Source of the DNA: an uncultured virus (IMG/VR IMGVR_UViG_3300029787_003156)
Lineage: Duplodnaviria; Heunggongvirae; Uroviricota; Caudoviricetes
Direction: 5' to 3' (one strand)
IMG/VR virus record: IMGVR_UViG_3300029787_003156
DNA: 64,000 nt
Position 1 is the first letter of the stretch; each line of letters starts with the position of its first letter. This document shows, in pieces, positions 45,012 to 57,000 of this stretch. The translations under genes and the position numbers were made by a program. The notes beneath the pieces are model-generated. The model saw only the letters and a program-made list of their open reading frames with translations, was not told the origin of the DNA and did no database searches.

Positions 45012-48000
45012 GGGGTTTCGGGGTCAACTCCCTCTTCCCCGTATAGACTTAAGTCTGGAGCAGTCCAGTCATCTGGGACTGAAGTCTCAACATTGATTAT
45101 AGGATTTTGATATCCAGAACCAACGTTACTAATTTCAACACCTGCTACACCAATTAGTGCACGAATGTTTCCATCAAATCCAGATATGGAGTCAACTCTT
45201 ACATTTGGTCTAGTTGTGTAACCAGATCCACCAGATGTAACTTGAACTTTATCAATAGTTCCAGATGTGAGAGTAGCAGATGCCTGAGCATTCTGTCCAA
45301 ATACAGATCCAAGATAATCAAATGTAATTAAGGAGTTTGAAGATTCGATAACAGCAACCTGTCTATCTTCAGTCTCACCTTGTATATCAATGAAGTCACC
45401 CACTTCTATTGGTGGTACAACTTCTGCAGCATCAACGTCCGCTTCAGAACCAACGTATGAGAATGCAACGAATGTTGATCCAACACGAGGAATTTCAGAG
45501 AAGATTATTCTAGAACCAACCAATTCAAAACCAACGCCTGGTTCCTGTATAACACCGTTCAATGAACAAATGATATTGTTCTCTGGTAATATTGTAGATG
45601 ATTGAACACCATCAGTTAGTGTCAATGAGTAGAATACATCATCACGCTTAAGGTTGAATGACTGACGTAATGAATCAAACTCGAAAGATATATCATCTAA
45701 TTGTCTTAGTTTACCAACATAGAATCCTGTGAATGATGCTCCAAGATCAGGTGCTTCAGTAAACTGGATGTTATCTGAGAATGCTGTATAAGCATTTGCT
45801 GAACCTGGTGGTTGTAGAACACCGTTGATGAAGATCAACATATGTCCTGCAGGATCTGGGAAGTACTTGGTTCCGTTTGAGATGGTTAACTTAAAGTTAG
45901 TTTGTGTTCCATCAAATCCTCTGAATGCACGTTCAACACGTCCTCTAAGATCAGTCTTAGTTATGACTGCTGCCTTGTAATTATCCTTACCAAAGATTCC
46001 ATCTCTACCACTAAATGTTCCTGTTACATTTGTTAGATAGAATCGTTTGTTAACACCAACATCTTTGATGTCTTGAATTACTGCACTAGCAGCTCCTGCA
46101 ATATCTAACTTAGTATTAATTACTGCATATCCTAATGGATTGAGTGGATCAGGAGCAACACCAAAATCACCAACTTGATCACCATTAGTAATATTTCCTG
46201 CTGCTAAGATGTAGTATAGAATGTTATTATCAAGATCAACTTCAGTAATATAACCATAGTTGTTTATATCAATGATGCCATTAGTAATCTTATTAAGTTT
46301 ATTACCTACTACAAATACATTTTTATTATTCTGAATTGTAATACCAATTCTTGTATGTCCTGCAGAAGAAATTCTATAACCGATTAATACATCTAACCCT
46401 TCATATCTGGCAACATCCATGAATAACTTAGATTGCTCAGGATATATTACAGCAGATGTTTCAAAACTACCTATTAGAGACTCAGTATCAACAGTTAATT
46501 TACCACCACTATTGTCAAGAACAGCAGCTTGTGCTTTTAAGAATCCAGTTGGAATTGCAGTTTCACCTGTGTCATATCCCTTGAATGGAATATTATTAAC
46601 AAATTCTCCTTCAAGACCAGTGATTTGTATTCTATCTTCAATAGCATTAATCTGTGCAGTTGTTGAGTTAGTTGCACCAACAACATAATCTAATACTGTC
46701 CATGTTCCACCAGTAACTGCAACATCAAGATACTTAAAGTTTTCATCTTCATAGAATGCATAAACAACACCTGTGACTGTTGAATCTCCTTGTTTTTGAA
46801 CAACTTCATTCATGAAGTAAGGACCATCAACAATATTAGCATCAATACGGAATCTTTGATATACTTGAACAATTTCACCTTCGTTCATAGTAACTTTTTC
46901 TAGTTCAGCATATGATCCACTTTCTAAACCATACAAGTAGTCAGCACCTGCAAGACCACCTGCAAGAGCAACAGGGAAATCAAATGTTCCATAATCTTTA
47001 GTTGGAAGACCTATTGCATTTTGAACAACAATGTCAGTATAGTAAGTGCTATTTAATAATTGATTACGAATTATTTCTAAACTATATCTTACCAATCTTT
47101 GAATTGAATCTGGATGATAATAAGTAGATGCACTATCACTGAAGAACGGTACAAAACCTGACTCAGGAGAAGGATTAAGAAGTTGATCTTTCAATGCATC
47201 ATATATCCATTCTTCCAATCTATCGATTGTATATGACTTAATATTATATTCTGTATCAGCGTAGAATACATCTCCAGTTGTAGCAGCATAAGGATCGATA
47301 GTTCCTTTAGTAAGTTTTAGACCCCATGCATAAAGACCATCAGATGCATTACCTGCAAAACTAGTTTGACCAGTAGCATTCTTAATTTGAATTTGTTGAC
47401 GGAGTTGAGAGAAACCGAATGAACATGTAATTGTTCCGTATGCTCTATACCATCCTCCACCATAAGGAATTACTCCAGTTCCATCTACTGTAAGACCACC
47501 TTGAGGTTGGAAGATACTACCTACACTTCCATCTGTTAAATCAATATCATAGAACAATTGCTGTTTCTCAGTAGTATCTCTATCAAGAGCCATCTCGAAA
47601 CGAACTTTACTATACTCACCTGCCTTTAAGAATACAGAATAAGTAAATTGCTGTGATTCAGTAGTTCCTACTTGTCCAGTATCAAATGTCTCTGTTGATG
47701 AGTCAAACTTAACTGTGCCACCGTCAAATGTTTCAAATGCATTTAAACTATAATTTCTGTGTATTAAATGTTCACCAACAGTAGATGAAGCAATAATCTT
47801 ATCAGCACTAATTGCGTTATCAGGTGCAACAGCACTATCAGCACCTATGGTTATTTCGGTAAGTGTATTACCACTACTTAAATCTTCTGGATAATTATAA
47901 CCAACGTTTTCACCTATTAATTGATCTTGAACAGTAGAACTAATTAATCTTGCATTTCTAAGAATTTCAACGTTTGATGGTTGTGTATACCAATCAAATG

Positions 48001-51000
48001 CAATACCAACTCCTCCAGTTGGAATAGTTCCACCACCTTGAGTTCCACCAGTAAGAGTCTCACCTGCAGAAATTGTACCACTAAGGAAAGGTCCGACATA
48101 TAGATGTCTGTCTTTACTATCCCATTCAAGAATCTGAGCGTATCCACCACCATTAGCAGTTACAACTTCACCAACTATAAATTCTCCACTCACACTTGTA
48201 ACAGTTATTCTTCTTGCTGTAGTCTTATGATCTATAGGAGTTGTGATGGAGTCTTGAACTATATTTCCAACTAACTCATCAACGAAATCATTATAGACCC
48301 AAGCACCATTACCAAACTGAGTATTAACAAGGTTGTTTAGTTCATTCTTATAATAGTTTACATTATAAAGAATATTCTTCATACCATTTCTAGCCTCTTT
48401 CTTGCCAGGTGAGAAGAATTCAATTACATGATCAAGAAGATTATTCCAATCTCCAATTACTTGATCAATATCTACAGTCTCTAAATCATCTCTAAATGCT
48501 GCTTGAGCAGCGTTTGTTACATATCCACCGAAAGGAATATTTTCTGATGAATTGAATACGTTATTTCTAATTGCTTCTCTACCTGCTTCCTTAAGAACTT
48601 CCATACCATAAACAGTTGGCATAAGCATATCTTCAATTCTATGAAGAGTTCCATCAGAATTAAGATACACTTCTTGAAGTGCTCTAATAGAACTATTATT
48701 ACCACCTGTTTGTAAATCAGATATTAGATTTTGAATCAATACCTCAACATCTGCTTGGAAGTCTGCTGCTGATATATTATTTCCATCAAATTGGAATGCA
48801 AAGTATGTTGTAGGACCTGCTTGATATGTAAACTCAGTTAACATTCTAGAAGTTACATCTGATGCAAGAAGTTCTCTGTTAAAGTAAAGTCTGTTACCTG
48901 CAGTATCATAATCTAGACCTGTAGGTGCGATAATATCATTAACTGTATTGATTAATGATTCGATATTACTCTTAACATCTGCACAATCACCGATAACACT
49001 AACTGCATCTGTAGCAGTACCACCTGCCCATACGTGAGTATATTCACCACCAGCAATTATAGATTCTGTATCTGCAGAATGGAATGTATGAACATAATCA
49101 CCACCAGATCTTACAGCACCTGCATTAGCAGAAACAAATGTATGTGCTGATGTATCAGATATAGCACCTTGTCCACCATTTACGTTGATAGTAATAGTTC
49201 CTGCTGCGGTATCTGCAGAATCAATATTGATTGCAGTATCGTATGCATAGTCAGCACCAGTTCCTGTATTAGCAGTAGTAGCACGAGGATATGATTTCTG
49301 AATTGTATTACCATCTAATGTGCAAGTAAAGACTAATGACTCAGTAGCAAGTTTAATGCTAGTACCAGCAGTCAAAGTGTGAGATCCTATTGTCAATACC
49401 ATTACACCTGTAGTAGGATCGTAAGTAGCATTAGAAACTGTATGTAAAACTATTGGACTCTGCCCAACGTTTAACTGAATAGTATCTGCTGTAGTTGCAG
49501 TAATATCAATAGGTTTGTTGTAGAATGGATCACTAGTTCTTGGATAAGGTTTAATAGACTCATTTCCATCCATTGCACAAGTAAACTTCAATGCACCTTG
49601 ATTAATCTTAACTGGTTGACCAACCTCTAAATTGTGGTTGCCAATAGTAAGAACTAACACACCAGTTGTAGCAGTGTATGTTGCGAATGTTGGAGTATAC
49701 TTAACTTCTGGAGTAGTTCCTACATTAACAGTTACAGTTGTTGTAGTAGCACTTGTAATTGTAAGTGCCTTACCATATGCAGGATCTGTTGCACGAGGAT
49801 ATGTCTTATTAGAAACGTTACCATCCATTGAACATGTGAATGTCAATGCTTCATTACCAATTTGTAAACTATCTCCTGCAGTAAATCCATGACCAACAGT
49901 AACTGCATTTGTAGCAGATGGAGTAACAACAAAGTTATGAGTTGTGGTATCTGTAATTGCACCCTGACCACCGTTAACGTTAACAGTGATTGTTCCACCA
50001 CTCTGATTTACCTGAGTAATATCAAGGAATTGATTATATGCATAGTCAGCACCATTTGTTGTACCAGCACCAAATGATCTAGGATATCTCTTCTGAGTTT
50101 GATTACCATTACCATTATAATCACAAGTGAATACTAATGATTCCTCAGCAATTCCAACCTTATCATTAGTTGTTAAAGTATGGGTTCCGATTGTAAGTGT
50201 TAGATCACCTGATGTTGGATTATAAACTGCACCACTAACACTAAATGTTCCAGTGTTTGATGCAAGAGTCATTACCAAATCACCAGTTCCTGCGTCATAA
50301 GATGCATTGTATACATCATAAGTTGTTACACTATCATCATTGGTTATACCCCAATCTCCAACGATAAGATTTTCTGTATTATCAGTAGTTAAACTTCCAT
50401 CTATTGCTTGCTTTAAGTAGAATACTAAACGATTATGAACGTAAATTGATTGTAGTAACTGTAATCTAATATGTTGTATTTCATTAAATTGACCAATGTA
50501 GAATCCTGCAGCAGCAACAACGTTCTTATTACCACCATTTTCAATATCATTAGCAAGTCCACCACAAACCTGTGTAAGGTCAGTCTTACAACGCTCAATT
50601 CCATCTGTAGATGCACCATTATTGTTTCTAGGCATATCCTGATAAAGAGCAGGGTAGCGAATTAACATATCATAGGATGCTTTATCTACAATAGCACCTG
50701 TGTTCTGACGAATTAAATTAGCAGCATCACGGAATCTGTAACGACTGAATACATCGATTCTATCTGTGTATACCATTTCCTGAGCATCATCTTCGTATGT
50801 AACTTTGAATGGTACTTCTAGATATGAATGAATTGTTCCACCAACAAATTCATCTACTGGAAGAAGATCAGTAATAGATGCAAGATGATCTACAGGAGAT
50901 GGTAAAGCAGCCTGAGTGATTGTATCTCTAAGAATATCAATTAAGTTGTTTGTAGTTGTATAAACGTCAGAACAATTTGTAATTACATACTTAGACTTAG

Positions 51001-54000
51001 TAATAGAATTAGCATCACCACTAACAAATAAGTGATCATAACGTTTGTCTTGTGGAGACTTGCCAACGTTAACTACGAATCTATTATCATCCTTAGTCTT
51101 AACTTCCATTACATGCTTAGCTGCAGGATCAGTGGCACGTGGATAATCATGTTGTGTTTCATGATTATCTTGAGAACAAGTAAATCTTAGTGAATTATTA
51201 TCAATGTAAATTGAATCACCTGCAACATGTATACCGTTAGAAGTAGCAGAAACAAATGTATGAGTATAGTCACCACCAGTTCTAACACCATTTGTAAGAC
51301 CAGATATAAACTTATGCTTATAGTTACCACCAGTTGAAACTATTGCTCTTGTAATCGCATTAGTTGTAGCAGAAACAAATGTATGAGTTGTAGTATTTGT
51401 AGAAGGAATTTCATCTAATACTTGAACATCGAAAGTAGTATTCGTGACGTTATGAACATCTAACCATCTACCACTAGCAGGATCAGTTACTCTTGGATAT
51501 GGATGGTTTGTAGCATTACTATCATGAGTACAAGTAAATGTAATACCATTATCAGCAATCTTAATTTTTTCACCGTTCTTCATTCCATGTGAAACACTGA
51601 CTGCATCTGCTAATGCTGATACAAATACATGGTTGGTTGTATCAGTAATTGCTCCACCGCCACCGTTAACATTAACAGTAATAGTGGTGTTGGTTGTGTC
51701 TGTAATTACTAATTGATTATTGTAAGCAAAGTCTGCACCGCTAGGAGTTGCAGCACCTGTTGCTCTAGGATATGTCTTATTTGTAGTATTTCCATCTCCA
51801 TTATAATCACAAGTAAATGTTAGTGAATTAGGAGCGATTAATATTTCTTCTCCAACTGCCAAACTATGAGTTCCAATAGTCATTTGCATCTCACCAGTTA
51901 TCGCATTATAAGCAACAGTAGAAGGTTGGAAGTTAGCAGTTAAAACTGTTATGGTCATTAGACCTGTAGTTCCATTATAAACTGCATTAGTTGGTGTAAA
52001 CTGAGATGTTGCTACAGAATCTAAAGTATGATTTGGTGTGAATGAAGGCGTATATCCATCTAAAGCATTGATAGTAATAGTATTTCCTGTTACTGCATCA
52101 ATAGGAATTGCCTGAGCAACAAGTGGATCTCCTTGAATGATACAATTATCAAGAGAACCTGCATAGGTATGAGTTGTTGTATTTGTAGGAGTTGTTCCTT
52201 GTAAAATATCAACTTCAAACTGAGTATCAGATACATTCTTGATAAACAACCACTTATCACTTGCAGGGTCAGTAGACCTTGGATATGGATGTAAAGTAGC
52301 ATTATTATCATGTGCACATCTGAATGTTACGCCACCATCTTTGATTTTAATAGGTGTACCAGCAACCATACCATGTCCAAGGGTAATACCATTTGTAGTA
52401 GCTGAAACGAATGTATGTGCTGATGTATCTGAGATAGCACCTTGACCACCATTCAAGTTAACAGTTATAGTATTGTCACCAACATCCATAACTCTGAGCC
52501 ACTTATCATAAGCATAGTCAGCACCACTTGTTGTATTAGCACCTGTTGATCTAGGATAAGATTTCTGTGCAGTGTTGCCATCTAATGTGCAAGTAAATGT
52601 TAGTGAGTTAGGAGCAAGTTTAACTTTGTTGCCAGGTACTATACCATGACCAACTTGAACTGCACCATCAAGTGCACCAACAAATGTATGATTACTAATG
52701 TCAGTAATAGCACCTTGACCACCGTTAACGTTAACAGTGATTGTTGTTCCTGTAACTGCACTAATGTCTAACCATGTATCATAAGCATAATCTGCTTTTG
52801 AATTTGTTGAGTTGTAAGCACCTGCAGCACGAGGATAAGGGTGAATTGTTGTATTATTATCGTTATTATAATCACAAGTAAACTTAAGTGATTCTGGAGT
52901 AATTTTAATTCTGTCACTAGTTGTTAGACTATGAGTTCCAAGTGTAAGAACTAAAGTTCCAACAGAAGGTGAGTAAGTTGCACCAGTAACATTATATGAT
53001 CCTGCATTCTGTGATATTGTTAATACACATGCACCTGATGTGACATTATAATTTGCAGCAGAAGCAGTAAATGATTCAGTAGGAATTGAAACTGTAAGAG
53101 CACCTGTTACTGGGTTGTAACTTGTACCTGTAGATGGAGTATGAGTAGCAACATTAGATCTTGGATATACATGCTTAGTAGCATTGGTATCCATATCACA
53201 TGTCATTAGTAATGAATCAGGAGCAAGTTTAACAGTGTAATTTGCCTTGCTAACACAGTTATTAACTGCACTTACAAATGTATGAGTATCAACGTTAGTA
53301 GAAGGAATTGAATCTAAAACTTGAACATCAAAAGTATCTGTAGTTACGTTGAATATTGGAATCCATTTGTTGCTAACTGGGTCAGTTGAACGTGGATAAT
53401 CTTTCTGTGCAGCAGTTCCAGTTGCACCACCGTAAGGACAACTTAATTTAATACCATTATCAGCAATCTTAATTTTCTCACCATTAGAGAAGTTATGACC
53501 TGCAATAGTCAGAGTCATTACACCACTAACAGGGTTATAAGCAACATCAGTTGGTGTATGTTGTGTTGGAGCAGGATAACTATGTGTTCCGACATTTAAT
53601 TCTAAAGCACCAGTACTAGCATTATAAGTTGCAGCAGATGGAGTATATGCCTTAGTTGGAGTAGCACCAACGTTAACAGTAACAGTATTATCACGCTTAA
53701 CAATACCATCCTTAACTGCTCTTACAAATGTATGTGCATACTGACCTGTAGAACTTGCTTCACCAACAAATACTGTAAATGTATGATCACTAACTGCTTT
53801 AATTCTTAACCATCTAGCAGCGTATGGATCTTTACGTCTTGGATATGAATGCTCTGTTTTATTACCATCTTTAGCACAAGTAAAGACAAGAGAATTATTT
53901 TCTAATCTAAGTTCTGTGCCAACTGTTAAACCATGATTTAGTATATTAATAGTCAATAGTCCAGTTGCAGTATTATAACTTGCACCTTCAGCAGTCATTC

Positions 54001-57000
54001 TAGTGTTACCATTACTCCAAATTGGAATAGCGGTATTATAAACTGAATCATCGACTCTAGGATAAGAATGAACTGTAGAATCATTATCCTGTGAGCATGT
54101 AAATGATAGAGCGTCTTTAGCAAGTTTTAGTGTTTCACCAGATCTTGTTAGACCATTAACTTTAGCACGAACAAATGTGTGAGCAGTTTGGTTAGTAGAA
54201 GGTGTAGAACTTAGTACTTGAACATCGAATGTTGTATGAGTTACATTAGAAATAGGTAACCACTTATTATAGTAAGGATCTGTAATTCTTGGGTATGTGT
54301 GTTCAGTAGCACCACTATCTTCAAGACATGTAAATGTTAGAGAGTCTCTATCGAACATGACTCTATCACCAACATATAAGCCATGCTCTACTGTTATAGC
54401 GTTATCAAGTGCAGATCTAAACTTATGCTTATAATTACCACCAGTAATTACAGCACCTGCTTTAGAAGTTGAATATGTATGAGTTGTTGTATTACTTGAA
54501 ACACCAACATTAATAGTAATAGTTGTTCCAGTTGTAGCAGTAATTGGAATAGATTGTTCAAATGACTTATCACGTTTCTGTGATATAACATCTGTAAAAC
54601 TTACAAAAGTATGAGTAGATGTATTTGTGGAAGGAGCAGTATCTAATACTTGAACATCGATTGATGTTGTTTGAACATTACTTATTTCAATCCATTTATC
54701 ACTAATAGGATCATAAGGTCTAGGATATCTGTGAGTAGTTGCATTATTATCTTTATCACATGTGAATGAAAGTGAGTAATCAGGAATCTTAACCTTATCA
54801 CCATTCTTCATTCCATGTCCCTGATTAACAGTGAATGTTACTACACCTGTTGTTGGATTATATGATGCATCAGTTGGAACATGCACATCAATTAGAGGTC
54901 TTGGGTAGTAGTGAACACCTGCACCATATGTGCATGTAAATCCAATACTTTGAGTTGCTATTCTAATAGAAGTACCTGAAGACAAACTATGATTTCCAAT
55001 AGTCAACTCCATATCACCTGTATTAGGATTGAATGTTGCATTGGAAACATCAAATTCAACTATAGGAGATTTACCAACGTTTACTGTGAATGATTCATCA
55101 GTTACATGAAGAACTTCTAATGCTGTATTACGTGCAGGGTCAGTTGCTCTTGGATATGGGTGATCAGTAGCATAGTCATCTTGAGAACATCTGAATGTAA
55201 GACCATCATTAGCAATCTTAACTTTCTGTCCTGTTTTTAAGTTATGTGAACTAACAAAGATTTCTAAATCTCCACTTGTAGGACTATAATCAGCATCAAT
55301 AACATTATACTGATCGTTACCAATACCTACTGTCATTACACCACTAGTAGGATTATATGCTGCACTTTCAACAGTGTATTTACTTCCTGGTCTTAGATCA
55401 TTGTCACCAATGTCCATAGTTAAGAAACCAGTATTACTATTATAATCTGCTGAAGTTGCAGTAAAGTTTACTGTAGGAGATGTTCCAACATTTACACTAA
55501 AGTTATCATTATCAATCTTCGATACTTCTAACCAGCCTTGATTTGCTGGATCATCATCTCTAGGATAACTCTGTGATACTACATTACCATCACAAGTACA
55601 AGTCATGGTAATAGAATTAGGCTCAAACTTAATTCTGTCCCCAGTTTCTAGTGAGTGCCCAACAGATTCAATAGTCAAAACACCAGTGGTAGCAGTGTAT
55701 CCCGACCCTGATGCTGTTATAGTTCTAGGGGCCGCGAGTCCATGACTTGCAGCTGTTATTTCCATGTCACCCATTGATGGATGATAGTCGATTGCTGTTG
55801 GTGTAAACTTAGTTAATGTTTGAGATGTGTAACCATCAAATGTAATAGTAGTGTCATACTTCTGAGTTAAACCATGATCACCTTGAGTACTCCAAGGAAC
55901 ATTATTAACAATATACTTAGCAATTTTATCTAATATTTCATAAACATAGACTGTCATAGAGACATCATCTTCTACGTTTACAATTTGAATTGGATTAACT
56001 TCTCTATTAACATAGTATGAAGCTGCTTTCCACATATGATGATTACTACCATTACGTAAATCTTCTACTATAGAATCGACAACATCTCTTACATCATCTT
56101 CACAATCAACTTCACTACCCTTAACACTATGAGCAGGGAATACTTCCTTCATAATATAAACTGTTTCTTGAGCAAGATATTCCTTGTTCATTAACATTAA
56201 ATCTGCAGCGTTAATATATCTGTGACTCTTAATATTAAATCCTGCAGGTGCAGCAGTTGGATTAGAACTATTTGTTGTTAATATAGAATCGTTATTAACA
56301 TATTCACCCTTAGTAAATGATTCACCACCAGACCAATCTTCAGTCTTAGTTGCTCCATCAGCACCATCAAAGTGGCATAATACTTTAGTATCAGTATCTC
56401 CTTGGAAAATACCATTAGGAGAAGTAAATGGAATTGTTGCATAACGTGCAACAGTAGAATATCTAAACTCATCAATATGAGCAGTTATAGAATTAAGACC
56501 AGATAAATCTGCACCAATTCTAATTGGTCTATCTAAGGTATAATTACCACTATCTGTTCCAGTTCCAATCTCAACTCCATTAGATATAATCTTAACAGTA
56601 GTTCCAGTTCTTTGAATTACAAGATGATACCAAACATTATTGTTTAGAGCATTTCCACCAGAGGTTGCTATATCTGAACCATTAACATTAACACGAACTT
56701 GTGCTGCTTCTAAGTAAATTCTAAGTGCAACTTCAGTAGCACTTGTTCTCATATCAACTAAAGTCTTAGTATCTGCTAAAGATACTGCATCTAGACGAAT
56801 CCAGAATTCAATAGTGTAATCACCTGTACCACGAGTAAATTCAGATGATGCAGGAATTTGAATATAATCACTTGTTGCTAGATCAAGTTGTAATGAAGAA
56901 TCTCCAAATTTCTTAATTGAAGTATCTAATTGAGCACTACCAGAGAAGTTGAATACATGATAATCACCACCACCTCTTAATGATCTACCAATCTTACCAA

